Origin: Octopus sinensis
Lineage: Eukaryota
NCBI RefSeq assembly: GCF_006345805.1
Contig: NC_042998.1
Span: forward strand, 30,070,001-30,134,000
Direction: 5' to 3'
Length of the DNA: 64,000 nt
The notes beneath the pieces were generated by a model. That model was given only the letters and a program-made list of their open reading frames with translations. It was not told the DNA's origin and searched no databases. Every line of letters begins with the position of its first letter. The first letter of the stretch is position 1. This document shows positions 13,062 to 26,856 of the stretch, piece by piece. The position numbers and the translations under genes are program-made.

Positions 13062-14153
13062 TATAAGTATAATGTTGGAAAATTTAAAACGATGCGTTCT
13101 GCCTGACATATGTACATTGTTTTGAAAAGACGATTTCTAAAGGAACGAAACCTATACGTCCTACTTTGTTCTTATAATCAAAACTCAAGTTCCACCAAGT
13201 TTATCATTTAAATTTGAAAGCTACATTCTGTGTTTTTTCTTTACAATCATTCCTGATAGTATTTTAGAAACGCGAATAAATATGCGCTTCAGTTTTCCGT
13301 GTCCATCTCAGATTAAAACAAATTCCTTTCAATTATCCTTTTGCAAATAGCATTGAATGCATTATACCTTAACTGTTTCATTACAGATTGTAATAGGCCA
13401 GTTTACTTTATAATTAAGGGGATTAAACTAACCCTAAATAATATGTTTTTAGTTTTCCATACATAAAATCATTTGTCAAGTGATCAAGCAGTGATGCGTT
13501 GACTAATTTTTCTATAAGTTCTAATAAATCGAAACATGGCCACAAAGTCATGAAACCGCTTCTCTGCATGTATAACAAATTTAAGAAATCAATTCTTTGC
13601 TTCCTGATAATATCTCCCCTCCACTTAAAGAAACGATAAACAATTGCACTAAGTGTCTTCTTGCTCCAAATTAGAGAGAAATATTAATTAGTTTTTGGTG
13701 TGTGTGTGCAACACTCTGTACATTTCCCCTTAAACATATCTTTCAAAGTTAACGTCATTGGTTCATTTGAATTTTCTCTTCAAAATTTGGTTTCCATTGT
13801 GGAAGATATATTAATCGATAATTATTCATAACTATATATATATAAATATATTTCTATATATAACATTTTTCTCGAACTATCAAGCCGCCAAGAATATGCT
13901 GTACTCTATTGATGAAGTATACTAGGCTGAAACATGCTCAAAGTTAATATACCTTGGTTATAAGCAAATGTACAAATTTGCCAGGAAAAAATTAAAATTA
14001 AATTTGAAAGATTAATTCATAATTATCTCTATTATTCTTTGATGTGTGCATTGAATTAATTTAGTAACTGCTTTCCTCGTGCAAATAAGTAAAAGGCATT
14101 TAATTAAACAGCATTTACTGTGCTCAGTTCAAAGCATCAACTTCAAAGGCTTT

Positions 14154-14190
<37 letters not shown>

Positions 14191-14635
14191 CCATATATGA
14201 CTATGTTTTTGTATGTACTTGCATGAATGTTAGTTTCTGTATGCATGTAATGTCTTAGAAATAATTAAGTTTAATTATTTAGAGAATTATATATTAAAAT
14301 ATGGATTACTTAACACGGAGTGAATGATATCTGAGAAGCAAAATTCTGTTCGACTACTCTAAAATCTCTGTTCCGGTTAAATGCCCAACCGTTCAAATTA
14401 AAGGGTGAAATGAATACGGCAAAATGGGCAATCAGTTTTTGTTTGTATTTGATTATGCCATCTCTATGATACTGCATTTCGACTATAGTACTAAAAGGAA
14501 AAATCAAAGCATGAACATCACAATACTGAATTTCTCTAAAGTTTAAAATACGAGAAAGAAAGAAATATGATCTTGGAACCATCACTTAAGACTTAGGTGA
14601 AAAGTATGTGTGTGTGTTTGTGTATGTGATGTATG

Positions 14636-14860
14636 TATGTAGAGCTTGCAGAGGGGAAACGCTATCAATGTAAACCTAAAACAAATTTTAAGGATGGCAT
14701 AAGGACTACTATGAAGTCACTTGGAATGGATCCAGAGGATATAGAAACCATTGCTTCGGATCGGGTTGGATGGCGAACAAAGGTGTGGAGTAGAATGAAA
14801 GCATTTGAAAAGGCTAGGATAATGCAAATAAGACTCAAAAGAGATCTAATGAAGAATGTA
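14636..14860 (+). mobile_element. RTE-clade LINE, C-terminal ORF fragment
   Basis: YVELAEGKRYQCKPKTNFKDGIRTTMKSLGMDPEDIETIASDRVGWRTKV matches the RTE/BovB-type C-terminus pattern LYGEL..GKR..GRP...FKD...a.DR..WR. Confidence 0.85.
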
Positions 14861-14908
14861 ACGATCAAGAAGGTGTTCATTAATGTAACGATCAAGAAGG
14901 TGTTCATT
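14855..14908. repeat. 27-bp tandem duplication at the end of the RTE fragment
   Basis: AATGTAACGATCAAGAAGGTGTTCATT x2. Confidence 0.9.
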
Positions 14909-14909
14909 A

Positions 14910-15275
14910 CTCTTTTTATTCTAACTCATGCGTATTGTCCGGAAATCTTTCGTTACACATCTGTGAATTCCTCAGCGACACTGAGTACTTTTGCTCTGCT
15001 TATTCCGTTCTATAATCAGAGTGTGTTCTTGCCCGGCTTATTCCATTCTGAAATGAAATATGTGGAACAAGAGCATACACGAAGAAGGAACTTGTCACAG
15101 ATGTATCACGAAAGAGTTCCGGACAATGGACGTGAGTTAGAATAAGAAAAGCAATAAACAAGTGAGAAACGACTATACGGTGCGTGTGTTTGTTTGGCAA
15201 AAAAGTGACCGTCCCAAAATATAACAATATGTTTCAACACACGACTTCACAACAGGTATCTTGCAACACAAATTC
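14910..15275. mobile_element. Palindromic MITE-like element family P2 (partial)
   Basis: Inverted arms about 14915-14965 / 15095-15147; right part homologous to 42700-42895, ending GTTTCAACACACGACTTCACA. Confidence 0.7.
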
Positions 15276-15749
15276 ATATGTACATATATAAACTGAAATT
15301 TAAAACGTTTAACCATTTCATTTTTGGATTTTTTTTTTGTGCGTGTGATACGCTATAACAAATGTTTTGTACATACCCATTTCGCTTGTACAAAATACTG
15401 TGTTCGAATTTCTTTGAGGATGGCACAAATAGTTATAGAAAATCCTTTGAAAATAAAACAAAAATAAATGTCAGTTTAAAACAGGATATAACAGAATTAT
15501 ATTTGTTTACATTTCAGTGTATACAAATACAAAAAGGCGTGAATCATTAATTTTGGTGAGCACAAATGTAACATGGCATTTATTTTATTTGAATCATACA
15601 TATGGCTTGTTGATATATTTAAATCCACCGATATTTTGTCATCGACGCAGACTGAAGAAGCAACGCTGACAATGTTAAACTGAATCCCACTTTTAAATAT
15701 TCGGGTTATTTTGAAACAAATTACATAGGATTGCTTGATAGGACTGAGG

Positions 15750-16445
15750 TCATCCCAGATTAATGGTCCCAAAGACGTCATCATGCGTAGATCCGACTAA
15801 GTCCGACAGTTCTCTCCATCGCTGGCGGTCGCGTGCCAGCTTCTCTGCATGCTCAAAGCTGACATCAAGACTATGGAGAATGTTTCTTCATCACGTCCAG
15901 CTTTCGGATGCGAAGCCTACTACGAGACCTCTTCCAGCCAGCAGAAGCTGCGTCGAATAAGGGTAAAACCCTGATAGAATGATATACTAGGAGATGGATG
16001 GCATGTCCCTACCAGTGCATGCGAGGTATATCTATGAGCACCGAAGTGTGATCAATTAAATCATCGTCTCCCGTCGCTGGAGGTCACTTGTCACTACCTG
16101 ACGCGTCTACAATGATTGCTGGCTACCACCCACTCGCTGTAGCTGCGAGTGGACGCACTCTCCATATCAAGTACCATCTCTATCTCATCTTGTCTCCATG
16201 ATCCCAGCATCGGCGCGACATTCGCGTGCTCTATCACTAATCGCTTCAGCGCTCTGGCTGAGAATGAGCCTCAAAACTGAGAGATATTCAAATCTAGCGT
16301 CAAACATTCTACATGTGATATCCTGGTAAACTAAAGTCCGCTTCCCAAGCGGCCCTGGATTTCACTTCGAACATGACGGACAATCAACTGCTGCTGTAAG
16401 GTAAGCATGTGTGGCGACATGGGATGAGTATGGCCGGCTCAACCA
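15750..16445 (+). mobile_element. Decayed RTE-clade LINE, endonuclease C-terminus plus linker
   Basis: Frames read IN*IIVSRRWRSLVTT*RVY (IDHI.isrRWrs...RV pattern), then FACSITNRFSALAENE and KRPWISLRT; many stops. Confidence 0.75.
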
Positions 16446-17834
16446 GATACAAATGTGTAGATTTGTTATTACATAGTTCCTGATTTTCAAATGCTCTGTG
16501 TATTAGAGGCGAAGGAGACTTTGTATAATGTGAACATTTATCCCACTTAACTCATCCAGGCGTTCTGATGCATGTACTCAACTGGCAGATTAACAGACGA
16601 TGGAAACAAATGGACGTATTGAAACGCTTGTAATAGACTCGAATTGGCAAACAAGAAAAAGGAATAAAATACCATACACATACATGCATCAAAGCAAATA
16701 TTTATTTCAGAATGCCACTTATTTAGAACATATTTATTGCACTGTTTACCATAGAATATGACACTTTTTCTCAGTATTTAACCTAGAACGCATGAAAGTC
16801 GTACTTCTCTTCTAATCATATATGTTTCAATATAGTACTAATATAATAGATCTGTCATTATTTCACTGAAACCCTTCTAATGAAGTTATTTCTCATTGCC
16901 CAGCATATTTTAAAACAACAGCATTCAGATTTATGTACAAGAGCATTCGATTGCCACAACCATGATAGTTGTGATACGAATAAGAAACTTACTCTTCAGT
17001 TATCAGTTATACACAGAGTTAAGTTAAATAAAATTCCCATATATACAACAGTTTCATTTCGATATCCTTCGATATACACCACGTGTTAAGCACAGCATAT
17101 CACCAGTAGATACTATCTCCGATTTGATACTACACTAGACTTGCTTTTGCGATTTATTTAAATTCAATATCATGCATAATTGACTATTTTAACGAAATAC
17201 TATTTCCGCACTGCCTGAGCGTGTGAAATACTCAGTCACATATGTTACTGAATGAAATTCTGTTAACTTGAATCCAGTTGTTCGAAAAACAACTGAATCG
17301 TTATCGTTCAATGGAGGAGATCAACTATATATTTGTGAGTAGGATGCGTGGCGAGTGCGCTCGTGTGCGTGTGATTCATTGAATTTGCAAGAAGACCAAA
17401 TTCTGAAGAAGACAATACAAGTTATTCGGATAAGAATATATGAAATAATTATGCTAAAGAGATTTATTGGGGTTTTTTTTTATTATCGAAGAAACACATT
17501 TTATGTATATAAATACTTAGAAGCAATAGAATTTATTTCAAAAGTTACTCAGGCGATTCCGAATAGGAAAATTAAATTTAAATATAGAAATGGAGATAAG
17601 GGACCATATAATAAATAAAAGAATTCTTAAATGTAAACATAGGAGGGATAAAATGGTGTTACGTATAACAATAAATGGTCGTAAAAGCAACGTCGATTGA
17701 TACAGAAAGGGAAGCGAGCAGACAGACGCCCGGTTTGCCATTCCGAGCGTCTATGATTGTTAAGTACGCCGAGTCTCGGTGATGAATATGCAGAAAGTGA
17801 GAAACCAATTAAATAATGTATAGAATATTATATC

Positions 17835-18073
17835 TGATAAATGATATATATATATATATATACATACATAGATATATATGCATGCATATACATATGCACA
17901 CATACGTACATATATATATATGTATGCACACATACGTACATATATATATATGTATGCACACATACATATATATATATGTGTATGCATACATACATATGTG
18001 TATGCATACATTCATATATATATATATGTGTATGCATACATACATATATATATATATGTGTATGCATACATAC

Positions 18074-18124
<51 letters not shown>

Positions 18125-18700
18125 ATGCATACATTCATATATATATGTATGCACACATATATATATATACATACATATATATATGTATGCACACATATAT
18201 ATACATACATACATATATATACATACATACATATATATACATACATACATATACATACATATATATATACATACATATATATATACATACATAGACCTAC
18301 ATACATATATATACATACATAGACCTACATACATAGACCTACATACATATATATACATACATAGACCTACATACATATATATATATAATATATATATATA
18401 TATACATACATACATATATATACATACATACATATACATACATACATAGATATACATACATATATATATACATACATATATATATACATACATATATATA
18501 TACATACATAGACCTACATACATATATATACATACATAGACCTACATACATATATATACATACATAGACCTACATACATATATACATACATAGACTACAT
18601 ACATATATATACATACATAGACCTACATACATATATATACATACATAGACCTACATACATATATATATATATATAATATATATATATATATACATACATA
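17835..18700. repeat. About 870-bp compound TA/TACA microsatellite with an embedded CATAGACCTACATACATATATATA minisatellite
   Basis: Direct inspection; source of the Y/I/H/T-rich ORFs. Confidence 0.95.
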
Positions 18701-18830
18701 GATGCACGTCTCGTTTTTCTGTTGTTTTCTTTTCGGTGTTCAAAAAAAGTTCGTTTTCTACGTTTTTGATTTTGTCTTCGTCTCTCATTGTGTTCAACGA
18801 TTTTTTTTATGTCCTGTACCCATATATGCA
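18700..18830 (+). repeat. Interspersed repeat family R1, 3' fragment
   Basis: TTCAAAAAAAGTTCGTTT...CTCATTGTGTTCAA...TCCTGTACCCA shared with 19400-19480 and 21730-21815. Confidence 0.65.
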
Positions 18831-18914
18831 TGTATATATACATATATTTATATGTAGGTGTGTACATATATGTTTGTATATATGCATGTATTTATATATT
18901 ATTTATATTATTAT

Positions 18915-19480
18915 ATGATCGAACACCACGCATCCTTTCCCAAGTAAATTTTATCTTAATAAGTACGATGCGCACTCTTCTATCTTTTCTCTGTCTATCT
19001 CTCTCCCTCATCCTCCTTGACTCTTTCTTCGTTGACACGTGACGAAAAGGAATCTATCTTTCTGCCCATTTACTTCCTAAAGACAACACGTGCGTATACC
19101 TGTCTCCTCTCATAAGCTTGTCCTGCTAGCGTTCATAAATAATCTTTCTATCGTCTTGGCTTAACAACCCTCACCGTTTGTTTTTACTGTCATATTCTCA
19201 CTGTCCTGTTCTTGTTTCCACTTTCACCCCCCGCAATAAATCACAAATTGTATTTAATCTGCTTTGCAAGAAGAATTGCTTCAACGAAGTCGTGTCTTGT
19301 CCTTGCCTTCGTAAAGGCGCGGAGTAGATGAAACATGGACAACTGATGAAGGGGAATATTCTTTCTGCTGCTTGTCTCATTTCTCTTGTTTTTTTTCGTT
19401 GTTCGAAAAAAAGTTCGTTTCTAAGTTTTTGTTTCTCATTGTGTTCAATGTTTTTTGATGTTCTGTACCCAATTATGCAT
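18915..19480 (+). repeat. Interspersed repeat family R1 (pyrimidine-rich, flanked by TA tracts)
   Basis: Homologous to 21380-21815 (GGACAACTGATGAAGGGGA and downstream block). Confidence 0.65.
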
Positions 19481-19781
19481 GTATGTATACATATATATGT
19501 GGGTATGTACATATATGTATATATCCATATATTTATATATTATTTATATTATATTATATATATATACATACATGTACATACATATACATATGCATACACA
19601 TACATACATATACATACATATATTGGTTGCATATGTATGATGTGTGTATTTTAAAGTGAATACATACGTACACACATATGTGTATATATATATATATATA
19701 TTTATGTACGAAAATATGTATGTATTTAGTGTTTGTGTGTGCGTATTCATATACAAGTAGAGAGCAAGCGATGCATTATAA

Positions 19782-20154
19782 TCTCTCTCTATATATAAAC
19801 GGCAGTTTGTCTGTGCGTGTTTCTGTGTGTCTGTTTGCTTGTACCCTCACCCTGACCACGGCTTTCAACCGATTCTGATGAAACTTGACACACACATAGC
19901 CCAATGTCATAATTCAAAACTAACGCAGGGAAAATTTTGAAAAGTTCCCCCAGTTCTGAAAAAAATCGATAAATTCGACATGGGGTCGAGAATGAGAAAC
20001 ACAAACCACAGACTGTCTAGGGGACGCAACTCGACCTTTTTAACTAAAAAAAATTTACCATCATTTTTTTTTCCATTTTTTGGCTATAACTCTCTAAATA
20101 TGCTTTATAGTTATTTCCCTTACAAACCCGAGCAACGCCGGGCGATACTGCTAG
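19782..20154 (+). mobile_element. Non-autonomous Helitron
   Basis: Sits between A and T; 5' TC, subterminal hairpin CCCGAGCAACGCCGGG, 3' CTAG; second copy of the 3' end at 57870. Confidence 0.9.
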
Positions 20155-21379
20155 TTTTACATAAAGATTAGTTCAAAGTAGAATTGTTCCTTCACTTAAT
20201 TATTCCTTTAGCCGATACCAAACATCAGTTCTTTATAGATATTATCTTAACCAGTAAACATAATTTTTCGTCTAATATATTTTGAATCATTAGTCTTTTT
20301 TTCTAAAATATCTTCCCTATTGTTGTTAACAAGCTAAATACACTTTACCATAGTATTAGTAATTAAACCATTTTACCCCTTTTCTATGATGTTCTACCAA
20401 TGATAATTTTATTTTATTTTTAAAACTAGCCTTTGTTTGTTTATTTATAAAATTATTCTAAGTCTTGTATCTCTATTCATTTCATACTCAGCTTATATAA
20501 AGTTATGCTGATATATTCACTACTTAAAATAAAAAAAACCTGCTTAGACTAACATTTTAACTATATAATTAGCATGTTCTTTTACCTCAGTACTCCTTTA
20601 TTAATATCAGTAAATATCATTTAATCAATATTCAAAGATATCTGATAAGTTAGTATTCAAGTGTATAAATATCAAACATTTTCTCTATTTTCTTTTCCTC
20701 CCTCTATTGTGTAAAATTTGATATATACTAAAAAGTATTCATAAGTATGCTTCTTAATAATCTTTTGAATAACCCAAAACTTTATCTGTATATAATATAG
20801 CAGCATTGTTTTATAGTACTTAACTGTAGTACTACATGATAAGATTTCCCCTGTCTCGTTATCATTGCTCTGCTAGTGGGCAATCCCTTAATTATCAGCT
20901 AACATCTTGTTTGAAATATTCCCTTACTAAACCTCATGACATTGCTTCAAATAAATCTTGATTTCATGACTATACCATCTAGAATGTCTGTCTACTCCAC
21001 CTACTCTACCCCAAACAGATACTACCCTCTGTCTTCTCTCAGCCTAAAATATACAAAGGATTGGATAAACTAGTCTATAAATTAAAACTTACCCACCCCC
21101 CGGTGATAAAACTAAACATCAGTGACAAGCAGTGTCATCTTGAAAAAAAAATTCAATTACAACTGTGATGGTCTTTGTCTATCTCCTTATCCTCATGGAG
21201 ATTTTGGGTAAAATTATACTAATGTGTCCTAATTTAATTAAATTCTATACCCTTGTGCAGCTGAAGATTGCTCTATATTTTAAATTGATATAATGAAATG
21301 ATTGCATTGTTCAATTAAATGGAGTCGCATGAATCGATCGTACTGCCTCTCAACTGTAAACACACGGTTCTTGCGCTCT

Positions 21380-21815
21380 TTGAATTTCTCCCCGTCTAGG
21401 CCATAAGGCCCTCTTTGTTTGTTTTCTTGTTTGTTTTTATTTCTTGTATTGTATGTTTTTGTAATTGTATTTTTATTTTGTATTTTATATTGTATTTCAT
21501 TTTGTAATTTTATTTGTATCGTTTTTACGTCCTGTTTGTGTCACATTCTTTTTTTTTTCCTTGTTTTTACCCCTCTGCGAAGTAATTTTATTTAATTTCT
21601 TCGCAGGAAGGGCTAGTTCTACGAGGCGTGATCTGTCCGCACCTTCGAAACACGCTGGAGTTGAACTGGGGACAGCTGATGAAGGGGACTTGTCCTTGTA
21701 TAGTTTGTCTTGTATACAGTTCTTTCGTTGTTAAAAAAAGGTCCGTTCCATGCTTGATTTTTCGTTTACGTTTCTCGTTGAGTTCTACGCCTAATTGTGG
21801 TGTCCTGTACTCACG
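21380..21815 (+). repeat. Interspersed repeat family R1
   Basis: Homology to 18915-19480. Confidence 0.65.
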
Positions 21816-22784
21816 TATATATATTTATATATGTATGTACATATACATGTATATGTAGGTACGTACATATATGTATGTATGCATATATTTTATTTTTTAC
21901 ACTATTGTATGACTGAGCGCCCTCGCATCGATTCGATTCGTTTCGTTTCGTTTCTCCTTCTCCAAGTACAGTTTATACATATATATATAGGTATATGCAG
22001 ATGTGTGTATGCGCGTGTTTATATCGAAGTAATATGAATATATGTATATAATGAGGGTGAACCAAAATTGAAGTCAAATAACTTAAAATTAAATAGAAAA
22101 AACATATTTTTTTAATCCTGGCTTCTATAAGGCCAGTCACGTTTCTATCACTTTAAAATTTGTGTGAGAACATTAGCATAAATAATGGCTCTAGTTTATT
22201 CAAATTTCATACGATAGGGTTTGGAGGGAGTGGTATTCGGGGCAATTCTTTTCTTGGTTTGTGTTTTAATTCCATGATCAGTAAGGTATGAAAAGATTAT
22301 ACGCTACATAACATACGTGAAGAATCTGGGACAGCAGAGAGTGATAGTATTACGATTCATTCTGCCTTCTATGTAGTGAAGAGATTAGATTTCTGTTTGA
22401 CATGACATAAATTTTGTATATATATATACATACATACACTCAGATATACAAACGCAAACGTGTATATGTATATCATTATAACTTAGGGTATCTAAAAGAT
22501 ACCACCACGCTGGAAATAACAGCCAAAACTTGACTCTAAAACCACATAAATGTTCATACAGTACCAGGAGAGAAGGTATTTGACCATATCGCACGAGGAG
22601 TTTTAGGCGGGCAATTTAAACTGGTCGTGTACATACGTGCATATATATGTATGTATATATTCGTATATGTAAGTATTCGTATGTTGTGTGTGTGTGTTCT
22701 ACTGTATTTACTAAGCAAGTGAGCGCTATTTAATATTGCTTCCCTACTAATACAAGCTATAGCAGGCTTCAAGTTTTTCCCAAT

Positions 22785-22985
22785 AATGGTTTCAAATTTT
22801 GGCACAAAGCCAGTAAGTTCGGTGAGGGGGTAAGTCGATGACATCGACCCCAGTTGCTCAACTGGTACTTATTTTATCGACGCCAAATGTATAAAAGGCT
22901 AAGTTGATCTCGGCGGAGCATATAACTAGGAAAATACCGTCAAGTATTTTGTGCAGTGCTGTAACCATACTGCCATATCGCCGCT
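22785..22985 (-). mobile_element. Degenerate SINE-A, tail type C
   Basis: Core GTCGATGACATCGACCCCAGTTGCTCAACTGGTAC with tail GGTTTCAAATTTTGGCACAAAGCCAG, also seen at about 46270. Confidence 0.7.
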
Positions 22986-23373
22986 TAGTCTTTCTCCACA
23001 TTTAAGAGAAGGAACGCTTGTGCATAATATTGGCTGGCACGCTTGAACAAATATAGGATGGCTTACAATTTACTCTAGAATACTGAATAGGCTACATTTT
23101 TTTTATATAATCATGTCTAGTATGCTCTTACAATCATTACATATATCCATAAGGCAAGTTGCAAGTATTTCTTTATATTATCAATAATGCTGAGTCAGTT
23201 GATGGACAGAAACACCTAAAGCTTTATCAAAATAATCCATAACAGAGTTGTATTGTTAAACTCAGGTAAAAACAAACAGGTATAATGAACTATCGCCTAA
23301 AAATCTAATTATAAATTATATATGGGATTATATAATTTTTGAACGTGTTTTATTGAGAACTAAACGGAATATA

Positions 23374-23800
23374 CAGGGTGGTCACAAAGCCACGCACCAT
23401 GGGAGATATCAGGTATGCCTTATTAGCAATGAAGTAGGTAATCCATTACAAATGTTCAAAGTGGTGGCCATGTAGCTCTAAACAGGTCTTCATACGGAAT
23501 TTGAAATTGCGATGAACCTTCTCAAATAGCTTTTCACTACCGTTGGCTTCTTCACACGCTTCAACAATTCTTTGAATTAGGTCTCCTTGGTCACGAATCT
23601 TTTCAGAATACACAAGGGTTTAACGTAGCCCCAGAAGAAAAACTGAGTTATAATTTGGTCTGTAATGATATCTCTTAATTACTTTGAGCAATAATTGTTA
23701 GGTTTGCATTAGTGAAATTGAAGATGTTCTGGTGGCAGGGATCTCCGTTTTTTGAATTATCTATTTACTGCACGCTCAGACGGGCCTCCATCCTTCCGAC
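23374..23800 (-). mobile_element. Tc1/mariner-superfamily transposon 3' end with decayed transposase C-terminus
   Basis: TA|CAGGGTGGTCACAAAG terminal repeat at 23374; minus translation FFFWGYVK-LVYSEKIRDQGDLIQRIVEAC...FRMKTCLELHGHHFEHL* (stop 23446-23448); upstream KNGDPCH resembles QDGApcH. Confidence 0.85.
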
Positions 23801-23867
23801 TGATTTGGAGTACCTAATTCGTGCATGTCTTTCTATCATTCAGAGTACGCCGTTTCTACACCTTTGG

Positions 23868-23894
<27 letters not shown>

Positions 23895-23899
<5 letters not shown>

Positions 23900-24045
23900 C
23901 CTTCTTCTGTCAGTTTTTTCTAACAAATAAGGTTCGGTCGGCCCGAGGCTATAGTTGAAGGCACTGGCCCAAGACGCGGTGCAGTGGACTGAACCCTGAA
24001 CAATTTATTTGGTTGGGAAGCAAACTTCTTATCACACAGCTACAT
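23895..24045 (-). mobile_element. SINE-B 5' half (degenerate)
   Basis: GGTCGGCCCGAGGCTATAG...CAGTGGACTGAACCC matches the SINE-B head in reverse. Confidence 0.75.
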
Positions 24046-26451
24046 ATAAATGTATACAAGCACACACGAATTACACATATATCTGTGTGTGAGCTTGATA
24101 TGTGTGTGTGTGTGTGTGTGTGTGAATAGAAATGAAATGCGTTCTGATATTTGCATTTCAACCGACATATGTTTTTTGCATTTCATCAAGAGAATTGCAT
24201 TCATTGCTTTAACGAAACGGGTAAATATCCAAAAGCCTGCCAATCTAACGGTAAATATGGTGCCTTTTCCCTTTGATACATACGTTTCAGAGCATTAGGA
24301 AATGTATAACGTGCCAAGTGTTCAAATAACTGGCACATAGTATCCCAATTCCCATACAAATAAAATCTCATTACTCTTCTCTATTTGAAGTAAAAGAATT
24401 CAACATTTTAATGATCTGAAAAATGAGAACTCGGGCATAGCGAAAATATTTGCAGTGCTTGCCACAAAGCAAACATTCAAACTAACCTAAGAAATATTGG
24501 ATGAATCCATTTTAAATATCGTTACGACAGATGTTTATATTCTGTTTTAGTAGCCTTGTCTTTCCATGGAAACTATTCTTATTTGCTCAGAATAATAAAG
24601 TACTGGACAGCGATAGAATAACAGGTAAAAGGTTCACTGAACGGACGCATTTTTCAAAGGCGATACGTGTGAAAAGAACTGACTTAAAGTGAAATACTTA
24701 GGAATTGTAGACCGATTAAAATATTTCAGTCTTATGATTATGATTTAACTCCAATATTAATTAAATACTGAAAAACATGAACTTAATATTCACATGTATC
24801 TTCGAGCCCCTTTAATGCAAGGGATCTGATGGAAAATCGATTTTGTGTGGGAGGAAAATGAATTTGATAGACGCATTAAAGCTATTCATATGATAATGGT
24901 TTGTTAAACATGGATTTTGTTGTATTTTTGCTGTGTATTAGTTATTGAAGTTTTTAGCTCGACATCTACAACATATTTTATAAAGCAAAAAAAAAAAAAA
25001 CAGATTGAAAATTCCTATGATAAATATTATTTATGGCAATATTTTGTAAACGATTAGCGCATATTTATATACAGTGAATTTTTCATGATATCAAATTTTC
25101 ATAATACGTTCTTTAAAAAATATGTGAGAGTTATTTAGGAATTCATGAGTAAATAAATAAGGAAATGCTAACAAAATTAGATTGAAGGTCGTATGAGACA
25201 GATTTTCATGCTTCCATGAATGTTCAGAGACAGCATAAATGATTACATGAGTTGGTAATGTCAGATGGAGATATTTCTAAAGCACAAATTAATGCTTGTG
25301 GATATAATTTCTTCTTCATTGAAATTTTAGAAAGTCTTCCTAAATACCATTCATATTACAGCATCGCAAGAATTTCTTTAAGTGAAATTAATTGAGAATT
25401 AATTAATAATTAATTCTATCACACACACACACATACATACTCTCATATACATCACAAACACACACGTACATGTATTTATGTCTGTACGTATGCATGTTTG
25501 TATATATACAGGTATTATGGTGTTGATTAACTATCGGAAAAAAGAGTACTCAATACTGTAGTAGAGGTTCATGACCTTTTAATATATTTCCAGGCTGTGT
25601 CTTATACAGATCTATCCCACATGTGACGGTAGACGTCTAACAACAGGTCAAAACAGCAATGGTCGTACACTGAACGAATACGTGCAAAGAATTCGTCACT
25701 TGCGGAGCATTTTTGGTAGACCTGCTTGACGGGGTACTTCCATACCTGTTGAGTTTATCTGGTACCGACAACACCCGTCCAGATATTTCTGAAAATTTCC
25801 CATGGGCACTGGCTCAAAATTCTCTGGAATAGACCAGCTTATTGATTTCGATTGGCGTCCAGTACCCTCCCGTGTAGGTCTTTGTAGAACACAACCTGGA
25901 ACTTCTACCAACCGCTTAGCTTGGTCTGGCTAACAAAATTCTATTGACGTTTGTCGACATTCTGGATGCCAAACATTCAACCCAGCACTGCAAATCTGAT
26001 TAGGAGACGAGCTGAAGAACTATACGTCCGGTAGATATTGACCACACCAGTACACTGAATAAAACTGCTGGGAATGTCTCTACGGTAGTGCACGACTGAA
26101 TGAAATCAGCCACGCAATACCTAGTTTGTCCAGCGGTTATGAGAGGAAACGTAGCGCTTGACAAGTGAAACGCGTCCTTTCGATAGAAAGCGGACTAGCA
26201 GGATACTGGGAATACAAATGCTTATATGGGCTGATCTCTCTCTAACTTATGAATTAATAAAAATATTAGAATTTCTAAATGTAGAGACAGTATTGCACAC
26301 TCATATTAATTTTAGCAGCCATTTGACGCATAAGCAAGCGGCATGTTGACATCGTTCGTAAGTAATGCATGGAATATTATTTTGAATCATCTGTACTTGA
26401 CGTGTCTTCCATGTTCAAAAAAATAAAAGCTAACAAAAGAGGTATAAACTT

Positions 26452-26856
26452 AGGAGTGGTTGTGTGGTAACTAGCTTGCTTCCCAACCACATGGTTCCGG
26501 ATTCAGTCCCACTGCGTGGTACCTTGGGCATCTGTCTTCTACTATAGCCTCGGGCCGACCAAAGCCTTGTGAGTGGATTTGGTAGACGGAAATGAAAGAA
26601 GCCCGTCGTATATATGTATATATATATATATATGTATCTTTGTGTGTATATGTTTGTGTGTCTGTGTTTGTGTCCCCAACATCGCTTGACAACCGACGCT
26701 GGTGTGCTTACGTCCCTGTAACTTAGCGGTTCGACAAAACAGCCGATAGAATAAGTACTAGGCTTACAAAGAATAAGTAGTGGGGTCGACTTGCTCGACT
26801 AAAGGCGGTGCGCTAGCATGGCCACAGTCAAATGACTGAAACAAGTAAAAGATAAA
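26452..26856 (+). mobile_element. SINE-B, full length
   Basis: Colinear with 2956-3373. Confidence 0.9.

Noticed and set aside
14633-15145. 170-aa plus-strand ORF as a gene
   Set aside because: Chance read-through of an RTE fragment, a 27-bp duplication and a palindromic repeat.
17778-17840. C/D-box snoRNA-like GTGATGA...CTGA
   Set aside because: Short spacing, no terminal stem, and the motifs are expected by chance.
17760-18918. Long ORFs of up to 231 aa rich in Y/I/H/T/M/C (also at 1111-1673, 2148-2488, 41228-41676)
   Set aside because: Translations of TA/TG/TACA microsatellites, which lack stop codons in several frames.
19870-19890. CTGATGAAAC motif
   Set aside because: Internal Helitron sequence with no room for stem II.
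24551-24624. Exon-like segment (TTTTAG...AACAG|GTAAAA, one open frame SLVFPWKLFLFAQNNKVLDSDRIT)
   Set aside because: Splice-like words are frequent by chance in AT-rich DNA; no recognisable protein or linked exons.
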